NCBI GenBank assembly: GCA_028292285.1
Contig: JAQGMP010000137.1
Span: 1 to 45,223, forward strand
Reading direction: 5' to 3'
Length of the DNA stretch: 45,223 nucleotides
Source of the DNA: Variovorax sp.
Lineage (GTDB): Bacteria > Pseudomonadota > Gammaproteobacteria > Burkholderiales > Burkholderiaceae_C
Part shown: positions 28,425 through 37,740 of the stretch, piece by piece
Numbering within the stretch: position 1 is the first letter of the stretch
How the letters are laid out: the number at the start of each line of letters is the position of its first letter
Notes under the pieces: generated by a model
The model's database searches: none
What the model saw: only the letters and a program-made list of their open reading frames with translations
What the model was told of the DNA's origin: nothing
Program-made: the position numbers and the translations under genes

Positions 28425-29614
28425 CGTACGGCCTCCAGCACATGCATCAGGGCTGCGTTGTAGTTGCCGAGTTCGCCGGTCGTCAGGCCCAGCTCCGCAC
28501 CAGCCACTTGCCTTTCGCCGGCCCGGCCGCAGAGCTGGTCGGTCATCTCGATCATGTTGTAGAGCGAAGTCACGTAGGCCGGATGGCCCCGCGAGGTGAG
28601 TCCACCCGAAGTCGAAATCGGAATGCGCCCGCCCAGCTTCGTTTGCCCTTCGGCGGCGCCGGGCGCACCCTGGCCGCGGCCGAAGAAGCCGACTGCCTCG
28701 CTCACCAGAACTTCGACGATGGTGCAGGGCGCATAGAACTCGGCCACGTCGATGTCAGAGGCCGAAATGCCGGCCTCCTGATAGGCTGAAGCCGAGGCCT
28801 TCTTGGCGGCGATCAATTCGGTCATGTCGTTGGGCACTTCGTTGATCTGATGCGAGCCGTCGTGGCAAAAGCCGCGGCCGCGCACCAGCGCGTAAGGGCG
28901 GCCGAGCGTCTTGGCGACTTCCTCGGAAGCCAGCACCAGGCAGGCGGCGCCGTCGCTGCGGCCCGGTACGTCGTAAAGGCCCAGCGGCTCGACGATCGGG
29001 CGCTGCGCCATCACTTCGTCCAGCGTGATCGGCTTGCGGTATTGCGCCAGCGGATTGAGCGACGCGTGGTGCCGGTTCTTCACGGCCACCGCGCCGAACT
29101 GCTCGCGCGTCGCGCCCCAGTCATGCATGTAGCGCATCGCATCCATGGCATACCAGGAGATCGGAATGAACCCGGCGCTGGCCTGGAAGTCGATGTCGCC
29201 CGTGGTGCGCATGCTGCTCATCGCATGTTCTACAGAGGGCGTGGCGGCTTCCATGTTGATGCCGAGTGCCAGGGCCACGTTCGCCCGGCCCAGCAATATC
29301 TCATTGCAGGCCTGGTCGAAGGCAAGGGCAGCCGTCATGCCGTTGCCCATCACTTCCATCACTGTTCCCGTGCAGGCCAGGCGCAGGTGGCTTACGAGAA
29401 AGGTATGGAAGTATTTTTGCAGTGTGTAGGGCCGCGGTACCGTAAAGATAAGACTCTGAATGTCCCTTTTGTCGACGCCGGCGTCGTTGACGGCGTCGAC
29501 GACCAGGCGGGTCATGATTTCCTGCTCCAGCACCTGCAGCGGTTCATCGCTCCGCGTCTGGTGGCGCCCCACGGGGATGGCGCTGGTGCCAACGATGGCT
29601 ACCCTTCTTGTCAT
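28421..29614 (-). CDS. Thiolase-family protein (SCP-x type) lacking the usual nucleophilic Cys
   Basis: VAIVG, KNRHHASLNPLA, SDGAA, STSGGLTSRGHP; MGNGMT at the position of the usual xxACxx motif. Confidence 0.87.
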   Translation of the reverse strand: MTRRVAIVGTSAIPVGRHQTRSDEPLQVLEQEIMTRLVVDAVNDAGVDKRDIQSLIFTVPRPYTLQKYFHTFLVSHLRLACTGTVMEVMGNGMTAALAFDQACNEILLGRANVALALGINMEAATPSVEHAMSSMRTTGDIDFQASAGFIPISWYAMDAMRYMHDWGATREQFGAVAVKNRHHASLNPLAQYRKPITLDEVMAQRPIVEPLGLYDVPGRSDGAACLVLASEEVAKTLGRPYALVRGRGFCHDGSHQINEVPNDMTELIAAKKASASAYQEAGISASDIDVAEFYAPCTIVEVLVSEAVGFFGRGQGAPGAAEGQTKLGGRIPISTSGGLTSRGHPAYVTSLYNMIEMTDQLCGRAGERQVAGAELGLTTGELGNYNAALMHVLEAVR

Positions 29615-29674
29615 GCGGTGTTCCTTCGTACGAATGGGAAGCGCATTGGGCGCTCCCGCGAAAGTATAGCCATG

Positions 29675-29689
29675 AATGGACAGACCATT
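29675..29689. promoter_or_regulatory. Putative FadR/GntR operator AATGGACAGACCATT
   Basis: Palindrome variant just upstream of a minus-strand TATACT (29663-29668) serving the thiolase operon. Confidence 0.72.
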
Positions 29690-29708
29690 AATGTCGTGCA
29701 AGCCCGAA

Positions 29709-29749
29709 TTGACAACGCAACCGGCTTACGTTAGATTGGTAATACCATT
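29709..29749 (+). promoter_or_regulatory. Sigma70 promoter (TTGACA-17-TAGATT) overlapped by operator ATTGGTAATACCATT (29735-29749)
   Basis: -35 at 29709-29714, -10 at 29732-29737; same architecture as the 22508 promoter. Confidence 0.82.
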
Positions 29750-29819
29750 GAGTGACGTCTAAGGGGGTATGGTGAGTCAGCCCGGCCCGCTTCGCGTCCA
29801 GCTTTCTCCAGGAGCTTTC

Positions 29820-30797
29820 ATGTCCGAACTTGTCACCCCGGCCGATGTCTTCGACGTGCGGGCCTTTCGCAACGCACTCGGCAGTTTCCCCACAGGCGTG
29901 GCCATCATCACCGCCGTGGGATCAGACGGCCGGCCGATCGGGCTGACCTGCAACTCGTTCAGTTCGGTGTCGCTCGATCCACCACTGGTATCGTGGGGCC
30001 TGCGCATCAACAGCAAGAGCCTCGAAGCTTTCCAGCAGGCCGATGCCTTTGCGATCAACATACTGGCCGAAGACCAGAAGGACCTGTCCGGCCGCTTCGC
30101 GAGCAGCAGCATCACCGACAAGTTCGATGGCGTCGCCTGGCGCCCCGGGCTTGGAGGCCTGCCGGTCATCGAGGAGTGCGTTGCGACCTTCGAATGCACC
30201 AAGTTTGCCGAGCACATGGCGGGCGATCACGTGCTCTTTCTCGGACAGGTCGCGAAATTCGAGCATGGCCGCCACGAAGACTCGCTGGTGTTCTACAAGG
30301 GCGCTTACATGATGCTCACCCAGTCGCTGCGCGAACTTGCGGCGCGGGGACGCATGGAGCCGCAAAATCTCGATCAGGCGCGGCGCCTGGTCAACTGCAT
30401 GCTGCTGCGCCTGGCCTGCGAGAACGGGCAAGAGGAAGACTTCGAGGCCATCGAGCGCAATATCCTCGAGATCGAGAGCTATGAAGATCTGACCGACCGC
30501 GAGAAGCGGGCGGAGGCGAGCCTCGAATTCTTCCGGCTGATTACCAAGGCCGCGCACAACGAGGTGCTGGTGGTGGTGTCGGAGACGCTCACCAGCATCA
30601 TGCGTCAGGTGCTGAAGGCCGAATCGTCGCTCAAGTACCGTCCCGAGCTCGTGCCGGTGCGCAAGCGCATCCTGACGCACCTGCGCCGGCGCAACGCCGA
30701 CGAGGCCGAGCTTGAAATGACCTATTACTTCGACCAGATGCGCCGCGGCGCGGCGGCCATCGTGGCTGCCGAAGCCGAGGCGAAAGGAACCCCATGA
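29820..30797 (+). CDS. Flavin reductase (HpaC-like) fused to a C-terminal FCD (GntR effector) domain, no HTH
   Basis: GGAG SD. N-terminal half has FRNALGSFPTGV, TCNSFSSVSLDPPL, AGDHVLFLG, LVFYKG. C-terminal half (ARRLV..LACE..EEDF.AI..N, AAHNEVL, ILTHLRRRNADEA) is FCD-like. Confidence 0.88.
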   Translation: MSELVTPADVFDVRAFRNALGSFPTGVAIITAVGSDGRPIGLTCNSFSSVSLDPPLVSWGLRINSKSLEAFQQADAFAINILAEDQKDLSGRFASSSITDKFDGVAWRPGLGGLPVIEECVATFECTKFAEHMAGDHVLFLGQVAKFEHGRHEDSLVFYKGAYMMLTQSLRELAARGRMEPQNLDQARRLVNCMLLRLACENGQEEDFEAIERNILEIESYEDLTDREKRAEASLEFFRLITKAAHNEVLVVVSETLTSIMRQVLKAESSLKYRPELVPVRKRILTHLRRRNADEAELEMTYYFDQMRRGAAAIVAAEAEAKGTP

Positions 30798-32590
30798 CTT
30801 CGACAAATTCCATTCCTTCGGCGACACCGGCCTCCGAGTGCGACGTGCTGGTGATCGGCGCCGGCGCTGGCGGCCTGTCGACTGCCATCACCGCGCGCAA
30901 GAACGGGCTCGACGTGCTGGTGATCGAGAAGGCATCGGTCTTCGGCGGCACCACCGCGTTCTCCGGCGGCGTGCTGTGGATTCCTTTGAGTCCGCACGCC
31001 AGGAAGGGCGGCGTCAAGGACAGCCGCGAGGCCGTCATGCGCTACATGCGCGCCGAGACCGGCGACTTTTTCGACGCGCCCGCAGTGGAGGCCTTCGTCG
31101 ATCGTGGACCCGAGATGGTCGAGTTCTTCGAGCGCGAGACCGAGGTCAAGTTCATCCCGACGCTGTATCCCGACTATCACCCGACGGCCGATGGCGGGGT
31201 CGATATCGGGCGCTCCATTCTGGCCGCGCCCTTCGACATACGCGGCTTGGGCAACGACATGGCGCGGTTGCGTCCGCCGCTCAAGACCATCACCTTCATC
31301 GGCATGATGTTCAACTCGTCGAATGCCGACCTCAAGCACTTTTTCAACGCGACCAAGTCGCTGAAGTCGGCCACTTATGTGGCCAGGCGACTGGTCAACC
31401 ACGTCAAGGAGCTGCTGCTGTATCGCCGCGGCGTGCAGGTCACCAGTGGCAACGCTCTTGCGGCGCGGCTGGCCAAGTCGGCGCTCGATTTGAAAATACC
31501 CATCTACACCGACACAGCGGCCAGCGAGCTGATTGTCGAAGGCGGTCGCGTGGTGGGTGCGGTCGTAAAGAGCGCGGCCGGCACGCAGCGCATTGGTGTG
31601 CGCAAGGCCGTGGTGTTGGCAGCGGGCGGCTTCGCCCATGACGTCGAGCGCATTGCCCAGGCCTATCCGCATCTGCGACGCGGCGGCGAGCATTTCTCCC
31701 CCGTGCCGAGCGACAACACCGGCGACGGCGGCCGGCTCGCCGAGCAGGTGGGCGGCTCGGTACCGATCCGCTATGCCGCTGCTGCCGCGTGGATGCCGAC
31801 CTCGAAGGTGCCGCAAGGCGACGGCCGCTTCGGTGCCTTTCCGCATCTGCTGGATCGCTACAAGCCCGGCATCATCGGCGTGACGCGGCGCGGCAAGCGC
31901 TTCACCAACGAGTCCAATTCGTACCACGACGTCGGTGCCGCGATGATCGAGGCCTGCAAGGACGACAAAGAGACCGCGATGTGGCTCATCTGCGATCAGG
32001 CGACCATCGGCAAATACGGCCTTGGCTACGCCAAACCTGCACCGATACCGCTCGCGCCGCTGGTGCGCAACGGCTATCTGGCCAAAGGCGCGACGCTGGC
32101 AGAGCTTGCGCGCAACGCAGGGATCGACGCTGCGGGCCTGGAACAGACCGTGCGTCAGTACAACGAAGGCGCGGTGCGCGGCGAGGATCCGGAGTTCGGT
32201 CGCGGCAGCACCTCGTTCAACCGCTACCTGGCAGACGCCGAACACAAACCCAACCCCTGCGTGGCGCCGATCCTCAAGGGACCCTTCTATGCGCTCAAGG
32301 TCGTGATGGGCGACCTGGGCACCTTCGATGGTATCCGCACCGATGTGGTCGGCCGGGTGCTGGCTGCTGACGGACAGCCGATTCCCGGCCTCTACGCTGC
32401 GGGCAATGACCGGGCCAGTGTCATGGGCGGCAACTATCCCGGTGCAGGTATCACGCTCGGTCCGATCATGACCTTCGGGTACCTGACGGCACGCCACATC
32501 GCCGGGCTCGAGCCCGAGCCGGAGCCCGCGGCGCAGCCGTTGCAACAAGCGCAGGCAGTCAGGAAAGCGGCCGATGCAGTACCCGTCTAA
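30794..32590 (+). CDS. FAD-dependent oxidoreductase, 3-ketosteroid dehydrogenase (KstD)-like
   Basis: DVLVIGAGAGG, GGTTAFSGGVLWIP, YPDY, RFTNESNSY, GDLGT, YPGAGITLG. Confidence 0.9.
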   Translation: MTSTNSIPSATPASECDVLVIGAGAGGLSTAITARKNGLDVLVIEKASVFGGTTAFSGGVLWIPLSPHARKGGVKDSREAVMRYMRAETGDFFDAPAVEAFVDRGPEMVEFFERETEVKFIPTLYPDYHPTADGGVDIGRSILAAPFDIRGLGNDMARLRPPLKTITFIGMMFNSSNADLKHFFNATKSLKSATYVARRLVNHVKELLLYRRGVQVTSGNALAARLAKSALDLKIPIYTDTAASELIVEGGRVVGAVVKSAAGTQRIGVRKAVVLAAGGFAHDVERIAQAYPHLRRGGEHFSPVPSDNTGDGGRLAEQVGGSVPIRYAAAAAWMPTSKVPQGDGRFGAFPHLLDRYKPGIIGVTRRGKRFTNESNSYHDVGAAMIEACKDDKETAMWLICDQATIGKYGLGYAKPAPIPLAPLVRNGYLAKGATLAELARNAGIDAAGLEQTVRQYNEGAVRGEDPEFGRGSTSFNRYLADAEHKPNPCVAPILKGPFYALKVVMGDLGTFDGIRTDVVGRVLAADGQPIPGLYAAGNDRASVMGGNYPGAGITLGPIMTFGYLTARHIAGLEPEPEPAAQPLQQAQAVRKAADAVPV

Positions 32591-32918
32591 GAACCTGGTC
32601 GATCACCGCATCTATACGATCAAGCCGCGCAAGATGCCGGAGTTTCTCGAGGTGTTCGATCGGCTCGCGATGCCTGTGTTGCTCAAGACGCTCGGCACTC
32701 CGCTGGGTTTCTATGCAAGCCTCGTCGGCCCACTCAACCAGGTCGTGCACCTGTGGGGCTACGACAACCTGACCGACTACGAGCAACGTTGCCTGGCCCG
32801 TGATACGCATCCGGATTTTCCGGCGTATCTGTCGGCGTCCGAACATCTGGTCGTAGCGCAGGAGACCCGACTGATAAAGCGGATCGATCTGCCGAGCATC
32901 AAAGATTCGCAGGCCTGA
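32574..32918 (+). CDS. NIPSNAP family protein
   Basis: DHRIYTIKP, GPLNQVVHLWGYD, R...D..F..Y. Confidence 0.88.
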   Translation: MQYPSKNLVDHRIYTIKPRKMPEFLEVFDRLAMPVLLKTLGTPLGFYASLVGPLNQVVHLWGYDNLTDYEQRCLARDTHPDFPAYLSASEHLVVAQETRLIKRIDLPSIKDSQA

Positions 32919-32935
32919 TTTTCAGTCCCGCGCAC

Positions 32936-33739
32936 TCACTCGAGCACGGCCCGCGCTGTCTCGATGGCCTTCTTCGCCCAGGCGAGGTAGCCCATGGCCG
33001 ACGCCCGTGTGTCGCTCGGCACCTCAATGCTGATCGGCAGATCGCCCGGCAGCCGAGCGAACAGGCCAGCCAGGTCGATGGCACCTTCGCCGGGCAGCAG
33101 GCGTTCGCAGCGCGCGGCGTGAACCAGACCTTCTACCGTGTCCGGCCCCGGTATCGGCCCGTCGCAGATCTGGCCGTAATGCAGCCATTCGCGGCGCAGT
33201 GCAGCGACATCGTCGAGCGTGCTGCCACATCGCGCGAAGTGCAGCGCGTCGACCAGTATTCCGCCGTTGGGTCGAGCTGCGCCGCCGACGACCCGCGCGG
33301 CTGCCTGCACGTCGGGCACCTGCGTCCAGGGCATGAACTCGAGATCGGCTGTGAGGCCGAAGGGTTGCGCCGCGTCGCAGAGCGCCGCGAAGGAGGCCGT
33401 CAGGCGCGCTTCGTCGGTGTCGTCGCCGGCCACGAGGATGTGCCGGGCGCCGAGCTCCGCGCCCACTTCGAGAAAGGCGCTGTAGGCTCGCGCATCGAAG
33501 CGCGCATTGATGCGAAGCACTTCGAGGTCGAGGATGCGAACGCCGGTGCCGTTCATGCGTGCCAGCGTCTCGCGCAGCATCGGGGCGTCGGTCATCAGTG
33601 GGTAGTGCAGGCCACCCGGCGTGGTGGGCAAAAGGCGAACGCCGGCGGCAACGCAGCCTGTGTCGGCCGCAAGCTGCACCATTTCCGGCGGCGAGTAGGG
33701 CAACGCCATGAGTTGCGCGAGCGAGTAGAGATGCTTCAT
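32936..33739 (-). CDS. Sugar phosphate isomerase/epimerase-family TIM barrel
   Basis: YSLAQL, ILDLE, LEFMPW, LVDALH, QICD, RLLPGEG, SIEVP. Confidence 0.88.
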   Translation of the reverse strand: MKHLYSLAQLMALPYSPPEMVQLAADTGCVAAGVRLLPTTPGGLHYPLMTDAPMLRETLARMNGTGVRILDLEVLRINARFDARAYSAFLEVGAELGARHILVAGDDTDEARLTASFAALCDAAQPFGLTADLEFMPWTQVPDVQAAARVVGGAARPNGGILVDALHFARCGSTLDDVAALRREWLHYGQICDGPIPGPDTVEGLVHAARCERLLPGEGAIDLAGLFARLPGDLPISIEVPSDTRASAMGYLAWAKKAIETARAVLE

Positions 33740-34623
33740 GCCGGATCCAGCTGGTGCTTTTTGCGAGGAGGAATTTTTGCCGCAGGCGATGGCGCGTCGT
33801 CATCGGCAAGGTCGGCGGCCGGTGTCGAGGCATAGGCGCGGTCGAAGAGTGGCGAGGCCTTGCTCGCCGAGGCAATGTCCGCCGCTGCCGCCAGCAGTTC
33901 CGGCACGAGACTCCGCATCTTCTTGTCGGTGAGCCGGGCCGCCGGGCCGGAGATCGCGATCACGCCGACCGCACCCATTCCGACATCTGCCCCGGTGCGA
34001 ACGATGGGCGCCGAGATCGCCGAGAGTCCGCGCGCGTAAGAATCGGTCGCGATCGCAAAGCCCTGCTTGCCGGTCTGACGGACCGCCTTCAGCACGGCGT
34101 TCATCGATGTCGGGGCTTTGGGGCCGAAACGCTCGGGCTTGCCGATGCCCTGTCGCAACACCAGCGCGGTCGCATCGTCTTCGTCGAGCGTGGAGAGCCA
34201 CGCAAAGCCGGTGGCGGTGCAAGACAGCTGGGCATCGATACCCATGTCCGGGTCATAGCGCAAACCGCTGCGCGCGCCCTGGGACAGCGCGACCCAGGTG
34301 AGGTGGTCGACGTCGACCACGCCGAGCCGCACCAGTTCGCCGCTGGATTCGGCCAGGCGGTCGAGCACTGGCTGGCAGAGGTCGACCACGCCTGAATGTT
34401 TAAGGTAGTTGAGGCCGAGCGAAACGAGCTTGGTGGTGAGCACGTAGTCGCCGCGCTTGCGCGACTGCCGCACGAAGCCGTTTTCGGCCAGCTCGGTCAA
34501 CAGGCGATGCGTCGCGCTGCGCGGTATGCCGAGGTCGTCGGCCAGCACCGCGATCGACACGCCGCCCACGTCGATCGCCAGGCGCTCGAGGATCGCCAGG
34601 GTTCGCGTCATCACGCCGGACAT
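33736..34623 (-). CDS. IclR-family transcriptional regulator
   Basis: Start MSGVMTRTLAILE; HTH IPRSATHRLL..L...GFV; TATG, ISAPI, AISGP..R. Confidence 0.92.
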   Translation of the reverse strand: MSGVMTRTLAILERLAIDVGGVSIAVLADDLGIPRSATHRLLTELAENGFVRQSRKRGDYVLTTKLVSLGLNYLKHSGVVDLCQPVLDRLAESSGELVRLGVVDVDHLTWVALSQGARSGLRYDPDMGIDAQLSCTATGFAWLSTLDEDDATALVLRQGIGKPERFGPKAPTSMNAVLKAVRQTGKQGFAIATDSYARGLSAISAPIVRTGADVGMGAVGVIAISGPAARLTDKKMRSLVPELLAAAADIASASKASPLFDRAYASTPAADLADDDAPSPAAKIPPRKKHQLDPA

Positions 34624-34651
34624 CGACTCGCTCCTTCGAAAGCGACCATCT

Positions 34652-35698
34652 TCACACGAGCGCCACTGCGCACTGCGAGCGTGCGGCATCCTGCACGGCG
34701 AGCGCAGCCTGCAGCGTGCGCAGGCCGTCGCTACCCGAGCACACCGGTTGCTCCTTGCCCTCGGCCACTGCACGCAGATGGCGCATCTGCTCGACATACG
34801 GGTCGGCACGGTGGACCGGCGTGCGTGATTGCGTGAGCGGCTCGTGCCAGCCGCGCCGGCCGTCGTAGCGCCATACGTCCAGCCGCGGCAGCGTGAGCGA
34901 ACCTTCTGTGCCGCTGATGAAGTGGGAGTTGACGTCGAGCTGCGCATAGTGCGCTGCTTCGCCGGCAGCAAGATCCCAGTTCCACGGCGCTACCGTGGTG
35001 TCCGATACGGCCAGCGTGGCCAGCGCACCGCAGGCGAATCGCATCAGCACTGCGCCCGTGTCCTCGACCTCGAAGCCGCGCACCGCGTTCGAAGTCATCG
35101 CCTGCACCGACTCGACGTCTCCGATCAGAAAGCGCAGCAGGTCGATGTCGTGGATCAGGTTGATCAGCACCGGCCCGCCGCCGACCTGGCGCCGCCAAGC
35201 CGGCTCGAAATAACTGTCGGGCTTGAGCCAGGTGGCCAAGGCCGTGATGCTCACCGGCCTGCCGACCACGCCATCGGCGAGCAACTTGCGGGCGTTGCGC
35301 AGGATCGGGTTGTGCCGCCGTTGGTGACCCACCATCAGCGGGATGCCGGCTGCGGCGGCCGCGTCGCACAGGCGCTGGCCTTCGGCCACGGTGTCGGCCA
35401 CCGGCTTTTCCATCAGCACGGGCAGGCCGCGCTCGATGCAGGCAATGCCGACGTCTGCGTGGGTGCTGTTGGGCGTCGCCACGATCACGGCACCCAGGCG
35501 CGTGCGGTCGAGCAACTCGCGATAGTCGGCGAACCATGGCACCCCGATGGCTGCGGCGTAATCACGCGCGGCGTCGGTAGGGTCGGCGACTGCAGCAGGC
35601 GCGATGTCGGCGTGGCTCAGCATGCGCTCGAGATGCATGCGGCCGATGGCACCGGCGCCGATGACGGCCACTGGCATGCGAATGGGTGTGGAGGTCAT
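34652..35698 (-). CDS. Gfo/Idh/MocA family oxidoreductase
   Basis: VIGAGAIG, VATPNSTH, MEKPVA, GHQRRHNP, GGGPVLINLIHDID, VEDT. Confidence 0.92.
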   Translation of the reverse strand: MTSTPIRMPVAVIGAGAIGRMHLERMLSHADIAPAAVADPTDAARDYAAAIGVPWFADYRELLDRTRLGAVIVATPNSTHADVGIACIERGLPVLMEKPVADTVAEGQRLCDAAAAAGIPLMVGHQRRHNPILRNARKLLADGVVGRPVSITALATWLKPDSYFEPAWRRQVGGGPVLINLIHDIDLLRFLIGDVESVQAMTSNAVRGFEVEDTGAVLMRFACGALATLAVSDTTVAPWNWDLAAGEAAHYAQLDVNSHFISGTEGSLTLPRLDVWRYDGRRGWHEPLTQSRTPVHRADPYVEQMRHLRAVAEGKEQPVCSGSDGLRTLQAALAVQDAARSQCAVALV

Positions 35699-35718
35699 AT
35701 CGATTGATTTGCGAAAGA

Positions 35719-35751
35719 TGGAACACAGTTCAGAACCGGAATAGTATTCCA
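35719..35751. promoter_or_regulatory. Tandem putative IclR operators (TGGAACACAGTTCAG, CGGAATAGTATTCCA)
   Basis: Perfect GGAATA-G-TATTCC palindrome at 35738-35750 and a related site at 35719-35733, in the divergent region of the iclR-containing operon; resembles the E. coli IclR box TGGAAATNATTTCCA. Confidence 0.62.
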
Positions 35752-35783
35752 GTATTAGCCGCATTCTGCTATGGTTCGCGCTC

Positions 35784-36581
35784 ATGTTCGATTCCTATAG
35801 CGGCGCAACGCGCGTCATCTTTATCGTCGGCGACCCTATCGCCCAGGTCAAAGCCCCGTTGTTCGCCACCCGCTCTTTGCGCGAACGTGGCGCCGACGCG
35901 ATCGTGGTTCCCGCGCACGTGCGGCCTGTCGACTTGCCGAACTTCATGCGCACGGTTGCCAACCTGCCCAACGTAGATGGCGTGATCGCTACCGTGCCGC
36001 ACAAGTTCGCAATGGCGCGCCTGTGCCATGCGCTGGCGCCACGGGCCGAATCGATCGGCGCGGTCAACATCGTGCGCCGCGATGCCGAGGGCCGCTGGTT
36101 CGGCGACATGTGCGATGGCGAAGGCTATGTCGCCGGCCTTCGGAAGGCCAACTGCGAGCCGGCGGGCCGGCGCGTGCTGCTAATCGGCGCAGGCGGCGCG
36201 GGCTCTGCCATTGCGCATGCGCTGGTCGATGCAGGCGTCGCGGCGCTGGCGCTGCACGACATCGATGCTGCGCGGCGCGACGCGCTTCTCGCGAATCTGC
36301 GGGTCTACAGCACCCTGCAGCCGACGGCTGGCGCATCGGACCCGTCGGGCTTCGATCTGGTGATCAACGCCACGCCGATGGGCATGTCAGCCGCGGACCC
36401 GCTGCCCGTCGACGTGAATGCGCTCGACGGGTCTGCCTTCGTCGGCGACGTCGTCACGGTTCCCGAGCTGACGCCGCTGATCGTGGCCGCGCGCGCGCGT
36501 GGCTGTCTCACGATGACCGGCATGGGCATGTTCGAGGCGGTGCGCGACCGTCTTGTCGACTTCTATCTGGAAGCAAGATGA
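35784..36581 (+). CDS. Shikimate dehydrogenase-family protein (non-AroE, RifI2-like)
   Basis: GDPIAQVKAP, TVPHK, GAVN, DGEG, GAGGAG, INATPMGM; short C-terminus. Confidence 0.88.
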   Translation: MFDSYSGATRVIFIVGDPIAQVKAPLFATRSLRERGADAIVVPAHVRPVDLPNFMRTVANLPNVDGVIATVPHKFAMARLCHALAPRAESIGAVNIVRRDAEGRWFGDMCDGEGYVAGLRKANCEPAGRRVLLIGAGGAGSAIAHALVDAGVAALALHDIDAARRDALLANLRVYSTLQPTAGASDPSGFDLVINATPMGMSAADPLPVDVNALDGSAFVGDVVTVPELTPLIVAARARGCLTMTGMGMFEAVRDRLVDFYLEAR

Positions 36582-37738
36582 ATTTCGATCTCAGCTCTGA
36601 ACAGCGCATGCTGATCGATACCGTGCGCCGCTTCATCGCGGAGCAACTGGCGCCGCTCGAAGACGGTATCGAAGTCAGCGGGCATCTGGACGACGACACC
36701 GCGCGGTCGATCCACTCGGCGTCCAAGGCACTCGGCCTCTACGGACTCAACATGCCGACCGAGCTCGGCGGTGCCGGTCTCTGCGCAGTCGATGCGATGC
36801 TGTGCGAGGAGCAATTCGGCCACACCACCGACATCCTCATCCGCCGGGCTTTCGGCAACGTGTACGAGGCGCTGCTGGCCTGCACTGGCGACCAGGTGCC
36901 GCGTTGGCTACTGCCGTCGGTGACCGGCGATCGCACTTGCGCGATCGCCATCACCGAGCCGGGCGCAGGCTCCGATGCGCAGGGCATCCACACGCACGCA
37001 CATCCCAACGAGCGCGGCTGGCTGCTCAACGGCAGCAAGCACTTCATCAGCGACGGACTCTGGTCGGACTTCTTTCTGGTGTCCGCCCGAACCGGTGAAA
37101 AAGAGATATCGCTCTTCATGGTCGACAAAGGGCTGCCCGGTTTCACCATCGGCAAAGACCAGCCGATGATGGGCATTCGCGGCACGCCGCACGTTGAACT
37201 GTTTTTCGATGACGTACAGCTCGAATCGCTGGCCTTGCTCGGTGCGCGGGGGCAGGGCTTCAAGATGGCGATGGGCGCGCTCGGCCGGGTGCGGCTCGCG
37301 CAGGTGGGTGCGCGGGCCGTGGGCAAGGCCAGCCATGTGCTGGAGCTTATGACTCGCCATGCCAACGACCGTCGGCAGTTCGGCCAGCCGATCGGTAGCT
37401 TTCAGCTGGTGCAGCAGATGCTGGCGGACAGCGTGATAGAGATCAATGCTGCGCGCCTCATGGTGCTGCAAGCCGCGTGGATGCTCGATGCCGGCCAGGA
37501 TGCACGGGACTGGATCGCCATGGTCAAGGTGCATGCGGCCGAGACGCTCGGCCGGGTCGTCGATCGTGGCGTGCAGCTGTTCGGCGGCATGGGGTATTGC
37601 AAGGAGCTGCCCATCGAGCGCTACTACCGCGACGCGCGAATCTATCGGATCTTCGACGGCACCTCGGAGATCCATCGCACCGTGATTGCGCGCAGCGTAC
37701 TCAAGCGAGGTGCGGCGCTCTTCGAGCTTCACCGATAG
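36578..37738 (+). CDS. Acyl-CoA dehydrogenase
   Basis: MNFDLSSEQ, AITEPGAGSD, LNGSKHFIS, RRQFGQPI, QLFGGMGY, RIFDGTSEI. Confidence 0.93.
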   Translation: MNFDLSSEQRMLIDTVRRFIAEQLAPLEDGIEVSGHLDDDTARSIHSASKALGLYGLNMPTELGGAGLCAVDAMLCEEQFGHTTDILIRRAFGNVYEALLACTGDQVPRWLLPSVTGDRTCAIAITEPGAGSDAQGIHTHAHPNERGWLLNGSKHFISDGLWSDFFLVSARTGEKEISLFMVDKGLPGFTIGKDQPMMGIRGTPHVELFFDDVQLESLALLGARGQGFKMAMGALGRVRLAQVGARAVGKASHVLELMTRHANDRRQFGQPIGSFQLVQQMLADSVIEINAARLMVLQAAWMLDAGQDARDWIAMVKVHAAETLGRVVDRGVQLFGGMGYCKELPIERYYRDARIYRIFDGTSEIHRTVIARSVLKRGAALFELHR

Positions 37739-37740
37739 CC

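Noticed and set aside
35784-36581. Assigning aroE (likewise panE, kstD, caiC, fabG to other genes)
   Set aside because: Family motifs are present, but context and divergence point to catabolic paralogs, so orthology cannot be supported.
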